From the NCBI GenBank assembly GCA_973851085.1, contig OZ316776.1:2480001-2544000 (forward strand): a stretch of DNA of 64,000 bases. The letters are read 5' to 3'. A program made the translations under genes and the position numbers. This document shows positions 1 to 14,083 of this stretch, piece after piece. The notes under the pieces were generated by a model. That model searched no databases. It was given only the letters and a program-made list of their open reading frames with translations, and was not told where the DNA came from. How positions within the stretch are numbered: position 1 is the first letter of the stretch; each line of letters opens with the position of its first letter. Source of the DNA: Ptychomitrium polyphyllum. Lineage: Eukaryota.

Positions 1-136
1 ATTCTCCTTGCAATTTCTTCACTCATGGAATTCAAGCTGAGTTTGAGAGCAGTAAACTCAAAGACATCAAAACTCTGCCCGGCGGCAATGTCAGAATAGA
101 AGAAAATTCTCCGGTTTCAAGCCTTCTCAAGCATAC

Positions 137-809
137 CTGTAGACACATCGTCTCTACTCCGTGCAAAATTACGACGCGCTACGACATCAGTCGTGCGAAC
201 AGAATTCAGAACAGCAGGTGAAACTTGCAGCGTGTGATTACACAAAAATAGCCCCTCCGAGATGGCCTCAGGACGCAGTCGACCAACTCGTGAAACCTCC
301 TGGTAGACATACTGCGCATCCGAATCAGACGGAAATCCTGTCTGCACAGGCTTCAGGTACAGCAAGTCCTTGGTCCTCCGCGCGCCAGACTGACAAATAA
401 TGGCGGAACATAATCCTAGTAATCAATCGCACATATAAGCAGACAGCACAAGAATCCATTTCCCAGAAACGCAGCGCCAAGCTCCAAAAAGTCGACGAGG
501 CAAACTGCGATACAGAACGCACTGGAAATTGCAGAGCGAAAGCTCGCTCGCTCACTCACCTGCGGAGATCAAAGTCTTGCCGACTCCCGTGTTGCTTCCC
601 CACACCATATAGGTCGGGTGCGAGACGTCCACGGCCCCGCCCGCCTCCGCCAAACCCCTGCATTCCTCGACATGATCTTCCCGAGCTACATTGCTCGCTT
701 CCGTGGTACAGAAGCGGCTCAAACTCCACCAAATCGGCGTCGCTGCAAGAGACGACTGAATGCGTCTGGCGCCAAGTCCGTAACGGCATCGGGGCATGAC
801 GGCCACCAT
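137..809 (-). CDS. BIO3-BIO1: Bifunctional dethiobiotin synthetase / DAPA aminotransferase, 5' exons only (809-560, 415-137); gene continues beyond the left edge
   Basis: HPTYMVWGSNTGVGKTLISAG (DTBS P-loop) splices in frame (G|GTGAG ... CTAG|GA) to GLCSAIICQ...LLYLKPVQTGFPSDSD, matching plant BIO3-BIO1. An R/S-rich transit-like leader precedes it. The exon 2 donor ACAG|GTATGC at 137 is inferred. Confidence 0.9.
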
Positions 810-3800
810 GGTGGTAACGGCGATGGCTAGAGCTCTCACACCATCTCAGCAGCGACGGACGACAATGAGCTCCTCCAGGCGAACTCACACTCGAAGGCCA
901 GCAACGAGTCCGGTGCAGCTAAAACGGTGCAATTTTGGATTGAGACTCTACCTATATTTAGGTGAAGCTGCTGTTATAACCACAAGATACCCTCCCTCTA
1001 CCCTTCTTAACCTCTGTCGTATCATGGTTATACCCTTCTGTGACTCGCATGATACTCAGGCACGCACTCGCGGAGCTCGCGTTGTGCGCTCGACGACGCC
1101 TTCGTTGACTCTCCGTCACGACGTCACCATTTTAGGCCATTTTACGGTATGTTGATTTCATATAATAACGAAGAACACTCTTAGACATTATAAGTTTCTT
1201 TGGTCAGCCTGGAGGTTACCCTAGGATAAAAGAGGGCAGCGCCCAAAGATTCTTAACTAACTGACAAACACTTGAAATATTTGAATCTAGATAACATATT
1301 TTACAATATATTGTAAATCATTTTTTTTTATGTGATTCAACAAAAAAAAAAAATATGATTTATTAGTAATTGTAGATGTTGCTACATTTATGGATAGACA
1401 TACTTTGGTATTTAGAGAATATTATGATTCTTGAATTTTGTATTGCTTACATTTATATACTTTAAATAAATTTGTAAATATTTGCACTAAAATGATTCTT
1501 AATATGAATAATTTAATTCATAAAATAGAGTTATTTGCAATTTATCTAGCCAGCCTTTTTTTTTTTAACTTATGAATTCGAATAAATTAAAACATAAATT
1601 TTAACAAATTTTTTAGCGTCTTTCATATCAACAACTTAAAGGAAGCAATCCTTATTCTAATTAAATTATCTTACTAATTTTTGACCATCACAATAAATTG
1701 CTATTCTAAAAAAATTAGTATAAAATCTAAATGAATGTATTTAATAAAATCTAATAATTACAAGCATGTAATTAATTGTTTTAAATTTTCTTGTACTTCA
1801 AATTATTGTATAATGAAATATCATTCATTTCTTTAGAAAAAGAATTATAAAAAATCCATTTCATAGTTATATATGTCTATTTTTTTATTAATCCATGTTA
1901 TACTACAAATTTAAATAGATGCTTCTTTTACATCTTTTCCATGTATTTATATATTTTTACATTGTATAAAACTTTATATTCTATTATTTTGTAGATAATT
2001 TTTGAAACTTGTAATGAAAAGTGTTTTTTGGATAATATGTTCTAATCAAATAATGTCGTAATATTGTTAATATAATAAATCATTTTTTAAAATGTATATA
2101 TAATAAATCATTGATGGAATTAACATAATCCAATTGAAACAAAATAAATTGTATTTTTCAACAAATCATATTTAATGGTCCGTAAATATAAATCAATTTA
2201 AAAGAGCATATGAATTGGTAAAGTTGTAAATTATTGATAATATACATAATCATTTCTAATTGAATCAGTTCTTAACACTAATTACAAGTATGATGTATAC
2301 AAAGTGATTTTAATCATTTTTATATGAAAAAAATATTAAATTATTATTTCTATTATTTATGGTAAATGAAGGTTTTCACATAGACTTTTGTTCCAAATCA
2401 CATAATATTAATTACTTAATTGAGCACAAGTTATTGTTTAAAAGATTAATATTTCTTATATTATTGCATTCAATTATAGTTCATTGCTAATAAATTTGTA
2501 ATAAATTTTATATTTTATATTATTGTGTATATTTTCTAATGTACACATCAATAAATATGATGACACTTATAAGTACAATTATGCCATTGTTTTTCAAGGG
2601 AGGATTAAGATGTCAAGAGATATAAGGAAGTGTTATGAGAATTTGGCAGAGATGGATGTGGATGATGATGTGGACTTTTCACTATGTTCTTCATACCATT
2701 GGCGCCAATAATAGCGCTCACCTTTAATATAGCCAGAATATTCAATTTCAATAAGCCATTGAAGTTGGTTTATGCAACTTATATATATTTTTTTAATTAT
2801 TGGAAAGTTTCATTTTTAAGTGAATAAGAAAGGAAACACAAAATATAAATTGAGCAATTTTCACTCTATATAAGGAGAATTCAATAGTACAAAGTGATAA
2901 AAAAAAAAAACCTTTAAATTATATTAAATTATTATTACTATATCTAAATTACAACAAGTAATTTTTTAAAAATATTTACAAAATACTTTCAAAATACTTT
3001 GTCAAAGAATTTTATTTTGTTAAACATTTTCTTCACATAATTGATACTAATAAGATCAATTAACATGAAGTTTATACTAAATGAATTAAAAACTTCTTTA
3101 AATTGAATTAAACTACATCCATTCAATCTGACTTTGCATCCAATGCTACATCACATGATAATTTGTAAAATAAAAAAAGTCCTTTTTACAATGCATATTT
3201 GAATGAAAAATAATAATTTGTTATTTCATAATAGTTATTTATGATTTAATTCTTAAAGTATAATGACTTAAAATGAAGTTATTTAACATTTTGATTGCAG
3301 TTTGTAAAAAGAAACAAATTTTAGCTTTATCAAAACATGAGTGTTTGTTAGGCACGACTTGCCTCACGTCCCCTCTCCTCTCTCTCACTGACACTCCACA
3401 TGTGCAATTCTCGATACAAGCGCCATACTGCTACCATACCCGTCAGATACCACTGCCATACACGTGATACTCAGGCGCTCCAGCGTGTCATAAGTTTGAG
3501 TCTAGACACCATTCCAGGATTAGCAAATCCTTGCCTGGTCGTCTCCCACAAGGAGCCCAAGAGAGTCCACGCGCGCACTCTAAACTAATACCTGCCCGAT
3601 ACTCATGCCACAATATCACCATTCCACTCAGGTATTTCTGTGATAACCGTGAGATACTCAGGCGCCCATGGTGTGTCTGGGATGCTTGGAAGGACACAAC
3701 AAGCTCATTGTCGTCACTGCTCGTCCTCGCTGGCTGGCTGGCTGGCTCGCTCACTCGCAGCTCCACCAACTTCTTCATTGACGCGTTCCAAGCTTCACAA

Positions 3801-3990
3801 GCTCACCTTGCAGCTGGTGTGTGCACCTGGTAAAGCAGCATTTCGGCAAACTTCTTGTCAATGAGTGTGGTGTGTGTCTGGAGACATTAACTTAGGTTTG
3901 AGGTTGACTATGGTGGTTGTGATGGCAGGGGGGATGGCGACGGAGGAGAGAGTGGGAAGGGGAGGGAGGTGACTGGAGAGGGGGAAAGTG

Positions 3991-6900
3991 ATGGACTATA
4001 AGGAGGAGGACAGGAGGAGGGCGATGGTGGCTCCAGGTGGGGAGGCCATGAACGGGGGGAGCAGGGCTGGGGCACGGAGGGGCTATGGCGAGGTTAGGTT
4101 TACGCCGAATGCGTTTCAGTACAACGGGCGAGTGGCCGCGGCGATGGTGCCGTGCGCGATCTTTCTTCTGGGAATTGGAGGGAAGCCCGTGCTGGCGACC
4201 CTGACGGTGGGGTTGATGGTGTCGTACATCTTGGATTCGTTGCACTTGAAGCAGGGAGCGATGTTCGCGGTTTGGGGGTCGCTGGTGGCGACGATGCTGG
4301 CGATGATCTTCACGGGATCGACGTTCACTGCGTCGTCTTCATCGGTAGTGTTGTACGTGGCGTGTTTGTTCGTGGCGTTCGAATTCATGTTTCTCGTCGG
4401 GGTGTGGGCTTCGGTGCAATTTCGATGGATGCAGCTGGAGAATCCTGCGGTGGTGTTGGCGCTGGAGAGGGTTTTGTTCGCGTGCTCACCATTCACGGCT
4501 GCAACGATACAGACGTGGGGGGTGGTGACGGCCGTGGGAATGACGAATGCGCCTTACTATTTCATGGTGTTCTTGTTTGAGTTCTATTGGCTGTTCGCAT
4601 TGCCGTTGCCTTCGTCGTTTCGGGTGAAGGGCGAGAGGTCTTACGGAGGGCAATTTTCGGAGGAAGCTCTGATTCAGGGTTCTCTGGAAGGTGCAATGCA
4701 CACACTGGCGATTATGTTCCTTCCTTTGTTATTCCACATTGGCTCCCACCATGCCCGCCTGTTTTCGTCCGCGAATGCGATTTGTGACCTTCTGTTGCTG
4801 TTCTTCGTCCCTCTGCTCTTTCAGCTGTATGCTTCTACTAGAGGAGCTCTTCATTGGCTGTATAAGGATCAGCACCTGCTGCAGCAAGTGAGGGTTATGA
4901 ATGGCGCAATAGCCTTACTTGTTGTAGTACTCTGCCTGGAAGTTAGGGTTGTGTTCTACTCGTTTGGTCAGTACATCCAGATTCCATCTCCTTGGGACTA
5001 CCTTCTCGTGACAATTGCAGCTGTGGGAGGTGCGGCGGGGTTGGGGGCATACCTAGTCGGTCTCATTGGAGACGCTGTGAGCTCTCTTCTACTGACTTCC
5101 GTTATGGTGGCGGCTTCATTTTCGGCATCAGTCGCGGTCGGCATGCCATGGATGGTATGTGATCCTCCGATTCTATCAAAAATATGTTCTTTATTTACTG
5201 AAGGGCTCTCAAGTGTCCGCTGTAAAAGTCCTTTCTGGACGTATTGTTTCCGCTATTGGCTTGCAGTTGTCGAACAGTCTTTGAGATTGTTGTCGACAAG
5301 GGCTCATGATATCAAAAGAATCTGCATCCTATTAATGAAATCGGTAATGGAGAATGAAGTGTTTTTTTTGCGTAGCGATAATGGACGTTTACAAGATTAA
5401 GGTCAATTGTATATAATCTTTGTGAATCTGTACAAAAGCAGGTGTAATATTTATGTGGATTTACGAAGAACATTATCATTGGCCTATCTGTGCATGGCTT
5501 GAGAAAATGTCTCAGCACACTGAAGAGTTCCTGCTCTTGTCTATTTTAAAATACCTGACGATTTTTTTCTGTGCAGTTCTTGCCTGCTCCAGTAATCGCT
5601 GCATACTTCATCGCCCAGTTCTTCTTGAACAAGGACATCATCTCCTATGCAGTTTTCGTTTTAGCTGCGGTTGTGCCCTTGATCTGGTTCGTAGTACACA
5701 ATTTCTGGTATTTGAACATCTGGCTGGGAGGAGCTCCGTTGCAAACAATATGCAAGTATATCATTGGTGGTGCTGTGGTGGCGATGGGTGTCCCAGGACT
5801 TGCACTTCTTCCTCTTAAGGCCCGATATACTTCAGAGGTTGGACTCGTGAGTCATGCTCTGATAGTGTGTCATTTGGAGAATCGGCTTTACAATTTTACG
5901 AGTATCTATTATTTTTCAATGGAGGATGATGTGGTATATCCAAGTTACATGGTTGTTTTTACCACAATGCTGGGGTTGGTGCTGGTGCATCGCTTGTCAG
6001 CAGATAAGAGGATCAGCTCAGTGTCCAACTGGCTGATGATATGTCTCTACTTGTCCAAGCTCTCAATGCTGTTCCTGAGTTCACCTCATGTTGTGTGGGC
6101 GACTGCGTTGCTGCTTCTTTCAGTTACACCACCACTCTTGCTTTACAAGTATTTCCTGCCAACCTTTTCTCTCCTTTTGGTGTCTGCATCCGTTATCTGC
6201 AATTGTAGATCTCTGTGATGATTATTTGGAATTTTTTTTCCTGAGAGTATCGATGCTTTTGAAGTTCAACATTTTATCAACTGAAAAACGTACCTTCAGC
6301 ACAAGAAATAGTATACTTTACCCTTGGCAATCTTTAAGTTCTAATTAGGACTCTACCTACGTACTATAATTCTCACGTTTTACTGTCACAATCCTGAAAT
6401 TTACTAGGTTAATCATCTTCTTACAAATTCACAGGTATATTTTTATGGGATTCTTAAGAGAGCCGAACTTGCAATTTGTAGGTCTACTGCGACATCAGTC
6501 AAGAACTACATGGACTAGCTTAATTCATAGTTAATTTTTTTGTTTCTATCTTCTCCTGGTTTAACATTTGGCTGAGCTATGGGCAGGATAGCTTTTCAGC
6601 TTTCGGTTTGGATGTTTGACATTTCAATATGGGTAATGTTTGCAGGGGCGGAGTGAAGGGGGGCTACAGGATGAAGCCATGGCAAGGAATGGTTAATGCA
6701 GCGGTTGTAGGCATATCAGTCTGGCTTTGTCGCTTTACCATATTTGAAGCTTTACAATGGTGGACAGGGGTGGTCCCATCAGATGGTTTGATTTTGGGCA
6801 GTTTGATTCTGTCAGCAGGTGTTGCAAGTTCTCCGATCGTCACACAGCATTTCTCTCATATACAGGTATACATTATCTTCACAAACCCGTGATTGTTTTC

Positions 6901-8717
6901 CCTGTAAATCCTCGTACACAGTATCCGCACTGTACAATGATGTTCTGCTTGTGGTTGTCTTGACGTGGACAAGTTTGAAGTGCTGTTAGGAAAATTTCAA
7001 GGTCCGCTTTCGATTGGCAACTCATGTATAGTGCAAGCCTGCCAGTGTGGATCAGTGTGTTGGGTGGGAAGGGAATGCACTGTGTTAACCTTACTTGCAG
7101 CTCTGCAATTGAGTGGTTCATCACTAGGTGCACAGAGAGATGCAGAGTTCGTTGAGTCGTCTGAGCTATTTAAACTGAGCCAGGGACGAATTAAGAGCTG
7201 CTACATTAGTGTCGCTTGTAGTGCACTGATCATTTCAGTTTTTCCTGAATCTCTAGATTTAGTCTTCCTAAAATCGTCTGCCTGCTACTCGCTGTGCTGT
7301 GCGGTTATGTGGCTCTCATTTATGATCTTTGAGCTTGCGTTTGAGGATGTTTTGAAAAACCGTAAAACTTAGGAACATTTCTATTCGACTGACACGATTA
7401 TCCTTCTTGATGCAGAGTGCCAAAAGGACGTTGGTGCTCGTGATTTCAGTGGGATTTTTGTTCATACTCATGCAGCCTCCGGTACCTGAGGCTTGGACGT
7501 TCTGGTGGGACAAAGCTCACATGCCGGAAAGGTCCGCTGACAGTATTGTGATTTACGGAGCTGCAGCAGATACACCAACATGGCCGACGTGGCTTCTCAT
7601 TATAACCATTGTAACATCACTGGCAGCGCTGACTTCTGCAATCCCAATACAAGACGTGGTGGAGCTTCGTCTCATGTATGCTGTGGGAATGGGCATCAGC
7701 TCGGGTGTTTATTTATGTGCACAGTACTTTCTACAGGCTGCCGTCTTGCATGTTCTACTCGTAGCTGCTATGGTATGTGCCTCAGTGTTCCTGGTCTTCA
7801 CACATTTACCATCGGCGACGAGCCCCCGGCTCCTACCCTGGGTATTTGGAATTTTGATTGGGCTTTGTCCTATCATCTACTTAGCTGAGGGGCAGCTGAG
7901 ATTCCAAACTGGAGAGCGGGCAGGCAGTGAGGATAATTACATCACACTGTTTGCTCTTGAGGGTTCGAGAGTGTCTTTGTTGGGGCTTTACGCTGCGATC
8001 TTTATGGCCATTGCTTTCGAAATCAAGGTGAAGCTGGCATCAATTATATCAGAAAAAGTTTCTGAGAAGATCGTGGGGGTTCCTGGACCGAAGTATCGAC
8101 TGACTCAGCAGCGCAAACCTTCGTCAATGAGCGCCTTCAGTGTTAAGAAGCTTGCTGCTGAGGGCGCTTGGATGGCAACTATTGGCAACATAGCAACTTT
8201 GTTGTGTTTCAGTATTTGTCTGATTTTGAACATTCATCTTACAGGAGGCTCCGATCGTTCAATTGTCTTCCTTGCACCAATCTTACTGCTCTTGAATCAA
8301 GATTCCAATTTGTTGACGGGCTTTGGAGATAGGCAGCGATACTTCCCATTGACTGCAGCGGTATCCGGGTATCTGATTATTTCGGCGGGGTATCGATTGT
8401 GGATTGAGGTATGGCATGGGTACCACAGTTCTGACTGGGGGCTGCAGACAGGTGGGCCAGGGCTATTTTATCTTGTGAAGAATATACTCCTTTTGGGTCT
8501 TACCACGCCAAACCACTTTTTGTTCAATAGGTTTATGTGGAATTATCTCAAACAATCAGATATGTTGCTGCTCTTGACAACGCCTATGAATCTGCCAGCA
8601 GCCATTATAACAGACATTGTTAGTATCAGGTTCTTAGCTTGCTTAGGAATGGTTTATGCCCTTGTCCAGTATATTATCTCTCGAAACATTCGAATTGCTG
8701 GAATGAGATTAATTTGA
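3991..8717 (+). CDS. NEF1: NO EXINE FORMATION 1-like multi-pass membrane protein; exons 3991-5154, 5577-6148, 6646-6865, 7416-8717
   Basis: FQYNGRVAAAMVPCAIFLLGIGGKPVLATLTVGLMVSYILDSL, QFRWMQLENPAVVLALERVLFAC and LLLNQDSNLLTGFGDRQRYFP match Arabidopsis NEF1 as recalled. All three GT-AG introns keep the frame. Confidence 0.9.
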
Positions 8718-11450
8718 GGTGTTCTTTTCTTTCAATTCGGGCTCTTACAAGCTTTTGTGTACATTGAGCAATGGGCTTTGTTCAGAAGTAATTTCTTTCG
8801 AGTGGGGAACCTTGAATTGGTTTTGATACTTGAGAGCTCCTACGAGATATACAAATTCAATATGAATATTTTTATAGAGGGAAAGAATCGATGGTCTTAG
8901 GGCCAGTTTCCATGCACATTAGTTTGATGAAGTGCCAAAAACACATCCTACGCGATGCATTATCACACAAGAAGTAATCCGAAACACCACTGCTGTTATT
9001 CACACATCCGGTTGGGACAAAGAAATCCTGACTGAAGAAATATGAATGTGGGTTATTGTTCATGTAGCTATAGACAACAGCTACAACTCAACCATTATAA
9101 AATTCACTTTACGATTATCTAGGACAAGCAACTCTCAAATATCTTGCATGCGTCATGAAGATTCGAACTTAGCCTGGTGCATTTCGACGGTAAATGTGCA
9201 AGGCACTTCAAACCTTCAGTCATGTACTCTTACACCTCTTTCCACCTCATACAAGTGCGGTTACATTCTAGATCACTACTTCTTCACCTAAGTAAATCAT
9301 CATATCATGGGATGCGCTCGCTCAGAACTTCCACTTGTACTCCGAGTACTTATCAACCAATTTGGAAGACCAGCAACTCTAGTCAAGTTTAACCCACTGT
9401 GATCACAAAGCACTAGAGTTCAAGAACATCATCAAGGATAACGTTCAGGGTTTAGCGTTGGTGCATCCACCTTCCTTGCTTGCCTTATATCATATAAGAC
9501 AGTCTCTCTCGTCACCAAATTCATGTCATATCCAAGTCTTGGTTTGACTTAGAGGGTTAGGCCACTCTTTATGCAAAAAGGTATCCCGGTGTTTGTGCAG
9601 TGAGAAATATCGCAGGGATCCCGGGAGTGCCTTACCAGGGGGTTATATCTCCCAAAAATACACTGGTGGGGTATCCTCACCATGCCTCGTTCCCTCCCGT
9701 ATTATACTTCTACGAATGATGAATGGGTCGATGAATGGCGGTCGTTACGGATGGAAGCCATAGAGTGGACGTATCTGATTGGATGAATGACGAGTTACTT
9801 GGATACAATATTTTGGGACCTTGGAGTAACATCTCTGTGTGGGCAGCTGAGATATTAGCTCTTGGAGTACACACCCAGATCACAGAGCGACCAAACATGC
9901 AGAAGAATACGGTACACGGTCAACCAGCAGTGCAGTTGAGGTCCCAAATGCTTTCGCCCTTTATGTCAATTCGATACACATGCAGCCCATGCGATTAATC
10001 CAGACTGAAAACAGTAACTGAAGAACATATGACTGTATTGAGATGTGATAGCTGAGTTACTCAGTTACCTTGATAACACCACTTTTATATCCAGCTCGTA
10101 TTTCAATATGCTTCCTTTGCCAATCTCAATCACGTGCAGATTATGAGCGTCTCAGAAATTATGCCATGCCTAACTACATCATTTCACAAAAGCTTAAAAA
10201 GACAAAGCATGGTACCATCATATCCGAAACTACTTGACAAAGACTACATTAGGACATACATAACTCCAGAATGTACTAGCTTCCGAGTGATTTGAATGCG
10301 CAGAAAATCATAGAATTCCGGTCATACCATGATTACTACCCAATCATATTATAATCATCAACAGATGATTCAGTACTACTCTAGACATGAATACACAAAT
10401 GATTGGAGGCCCCGAAATAAGCAATACCTCCCCGACTATGATGGCACAGTGCAAGGAAAATTGGGATTTCCTGCTCCGCCCCTGTCGGCGTCAAACGCGG
10501 ACTCCAGTAGTTTAAGGAACCTACTAAGGGCTACTGCAGAATCAGATCCCTCTGCTCCAGCAACAATTCGTCTCTCCAAACCCACCCAAATTGTCTCATC
10601 TAAGCTCGGGCCGCTGAAAATTCACTGGTAGAGCACTCGAGACGATTCAGACTCACAAGCAAACCAAAATAGCTTCTCAACTTGCACAGTGGCCAATGCG
10701 CCCCGAGTCCCTACGGACACCGCCATCGCTCTCGGACAATCCATGAGCACTTCTCCTGTGCAGCTAGTCACTTTGCCATCGTTTGCAATTGTTGATGTGA
10801 AAAGCTTGAGCCGGTGGACCGGCATGTGATGGTTAGAAAACTTCTGTCACGAAATGCACATGTATTACAGGCTGATCGTGGCTTCCCATGAACGGCAGAG
10901 GATACAGACGCTACAGTCTGACAAAGTAGGACATCGAGTTGCAGTGGAACCAACTCTTGCAAACCCACCCTGATGCACTCTCCAAGGAACTCTAAAACAT
11001 CCTCTCCAGACACTCGTTTCGAACAAGACGACCGAGACGGCAGATGAAGAACCGAACTAGTGAAATTAAAACTTCAAACTCAACTTTCGAAAACCGCATC
11101 CCCTATTCGCTCTCCGAAAGCTTCTGCAAACTCTAGAACAATCTCCAGACGACCATGAGATGGTCTGAGTGACGAAGATGGGCTCCCTCGTGTTGCACGC
11201 GAAGCTAATCAGTGTGGCATGGCTGCTGCGTTGAGCTTCATGGTGGTAACAATCATGTTGCTTTGTGCTTGTTGCAGCATTGTCCATGCCAGGAATATAG
11301 CTGATCCATTCCACTTGGAAATGATATGGTTAGAAAATATTCCATTCTTCAATGTACAGTTTGACGTTTTGTACGTCCACAACATTCATTCTTTAACAGA
11401 GTGACCTGCGTAACAATACTTTCTAACAGTACTCCACTCCTTATCCAAGT

Positions 11451-11476
11451 GCTAAACTTTGCTAAACTTTGCTAAA
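11451..11476. repeat. Short tandem repeat (GCTAAACTTT) x2.6
   Basis: gctaaacttt gctaaacttt gctaaa read directly. Confidence 0.8.
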
Positions 11477-12746
11477 TATTCATTGTATATACTAAAGCAT
11501 TTGGCCTAAATGTTCTTTTGTAGCAATGGTGCATGATCATAGTTGTGAAAGAATGTTATGTTTATTTGTAATAGAATAAATGACTTTTTTTGGAGAAATG
11601 AAAGAAAAAAAGGTTGTAAAGGTTTTGGATAAGGATAGTAAATTTGCCATTGATACATGTGGTGTAATCAAGAAGAATTAGAGGTATTGCCCTATCATCA
11701 ATTTGCTTTGAAATGTGCCATGTGGTTTAGGTAGATGTTCAAGTCCAATTTTGAGATGATTAAGACAAGGATTGACAATTTAATTCCAAGAGAATATTTA
11801 AAAGAAGATGTAGATAAGATAGACCAAAATCTAAATATGTAGTTTAGGGATATTTAACAAGAAACTTTAAATTAGGATTCTTCACATTTTTCTTAGCTTA
11901 ATTTATTTTATATTAAACAAATTATATAATTTTGCACATATTCATCAAATATAATACTTTGTCAAAAACATTCCCATCATAATTTCATTTACTTTCTTTC
12001 AAGACATTAAGTGCAAGTGTTAATAGGCAAAAATTGATATCCTTATAGAATAAATCTTACATGACTACAAAAATGATGCCATTCAAATCTTTATATACTT
12101 GTCACATTCCTACTCCTCTCTCTATTCTTTTTGTCCACTCAATCAAATTGATTGTTTGTATTCAGCCAAAAAAAAATACAGAGAGTGTTATCTGGGTCCC
12201 AAGAATGGGTTGGCTAATGAGTAGAAAGAGAGTGGTTGTTGATCTCCACCTAGAATGAACCTCCTATGGGGGCAAGGAAATAAAACAATCAAGAACAGAA
12301 AACACTAATTCACACCCAATCAGCTCCAAACTCTGTAGCTACGGCTGACCAGAATTCCTCTACTTATTTGCCATGGCTGACCAAGATCCCTCTCTACATT
12401 TGCAAGCACCGGTACTTAAAAAATCGTGGTACAGCTCCTTTCAAGCTGAGTGGAATATTTGGTGGTAACTGATAGCTCCTCCTGAGAAGAATAAGCAGCA
12501 ACATTAAAGAAGCTCATTACTGGATACTAACAACAAGGCTAAACTGCGTCTATCATACTTGTTGTACAGTACAATGCTACCAATATGTGATCGAATTGGG
12601 ACAATTATATTAAATTCTTGCTATCACTCGCAGATAGTAAATCAACAGGCTTACTCTGGTCAATGGTGAAATATAGTCTATGTAGTACCATCATGTTTGT
12701 GCAAACGTTGTGGCATCGGCAGCAGCTCAGGCTCGCAGGGGCGGCC

Positions 12747-14083
12747 TTACTCGTTTCTGACTTCAAAATGTTCAAGAGTATTCCGGAAGTGCGTCTGCTT
12801 CACCTTGGTGAAAGTCTGGAACGTGAAGGGCCTGTACTTGGCCGGGTTGTTCTCGCTCACAAGGTCTGGGGAGGGAACGATGTCAATGGAGGGGAGAGGC
12901 GAGTAGAAGTAGCCAAGTGAAATTCGAGTCTTGGTTGCGTTCACCACAACCCTGTGTAGCACACTCTTGTATTTCTTGTTTGCAAGCACCTGAGCACAAT
13001 TAACAGCCCAGGTCGCACAAGTTGGATTGAATTCACCACTACCGCCACCACTCCAACTTTGACTTGTGAGTTAGCCACCGAATATTGCATTGAAACCGGT
13101 TGAGTTGCTACCTGAATGATATCACCAATGTTGATACACAAAGCATTGGGTCGAGGCTTGACAGCCACCCACCGTCCATCTTTCTCAATCTGCAGTCCAC
13201 CGACATCACTTTGAAACAGGGCAGTCACGAGATTAAAGTCCGTGTGAGGTTTTAGCCCAAGGGTCTGCTCCGGAACAGGACAGGCAGGATAGTAATTCCA
13301 TCGGAAGTATCCTCCAGTGTTCTTCGTGTATCTCTCAAAATGTGCTGCATCCACTTGCAAACCCTGCACTATGATGCTCATCAGAGCGCAGGCAAGATGT
13401 TGCATCTTGATATTGTATTCGTTGTAAGAATCACTGCACGCAAGCCAACACAAACCAATCTAAAAACCAAACACCAAGTAGAAGATAGCCAATTTGATAA
13501 AATTATTGCAAGATGAAGAAGGATTTGAGGTTTAGGGCTTAGTGTACACGAAGTCATTGTTGGTGTTCGGGGGGAACAATTTTCGAGAAAATTCCGCAAC
13601 GGATCCATCATTGGCAAAGAACAATCCTTCCGCCCACGGTCGAATGTCGTCCTTCTTCACCGTCGCGTGGCCATAGCCTGTGTACCGCCCGGGCTCCTTG
13701 GCGATTTTCATCTTTTCGGAATAGGGAAGGCGGAAGAACGACTCCGCTTGTCGCAGGATTCGAGCATGAAGCTTCTCCTCGATGGCGTGGTTGACAACAT
13801 GGAAGAAGCCCCAGTTCAAGCACGCGTCTCGCACTTGCTCAACGATGGCCGCCGTGGCTGCTTCGTCGCCGCCCAAGAAGTAAGGCGCCATGTCGATCAC
13901 CGGAATCTCCTCGTGGGTGTACTCGTCATGCTTCACTGTTGGTCGCTGGTCCTCGGGCAACAGAAAGCCCTGTACTGACGCTGAGCTGCAACATTCGTGC
14001 TCCGCCATCGACCACGGCGTTGCGAGCTCCGGCTCGACCACATTGTCATGCACAGACTTGGGCGAAATTGCGTCACGCATCAT
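12747..14083 (-). CDS. 2-oxoglutarate/Fe(II)-dependent dioxygenase (DOXC class, gibberellin 3-oxidase-like); exons 14083-13548, 13433-13112, 12989-12747
   Basis: IPVIDM, ACLNWGFFHVVNH, YTGYG, PWAEG, NYYPACP, HTD (HxD), LHRVVVN and RISLGYF (RxS). Both GT-AG introns keep the frame. Confidence 0.93.

Noticed and set aside
6965..7372. 135-aa ORF inside NEF1 intron 3
   Set aside because: Non-ATG start; the flanking exons splice in frame without it.
10622..10624. In-frame TGA between two open stretches (selenocysteine or read-through idea)
   Set aside because: Land plants lack the Sec machinery, there is no redox motif, and an acceptor site just after it explains the second stretch.
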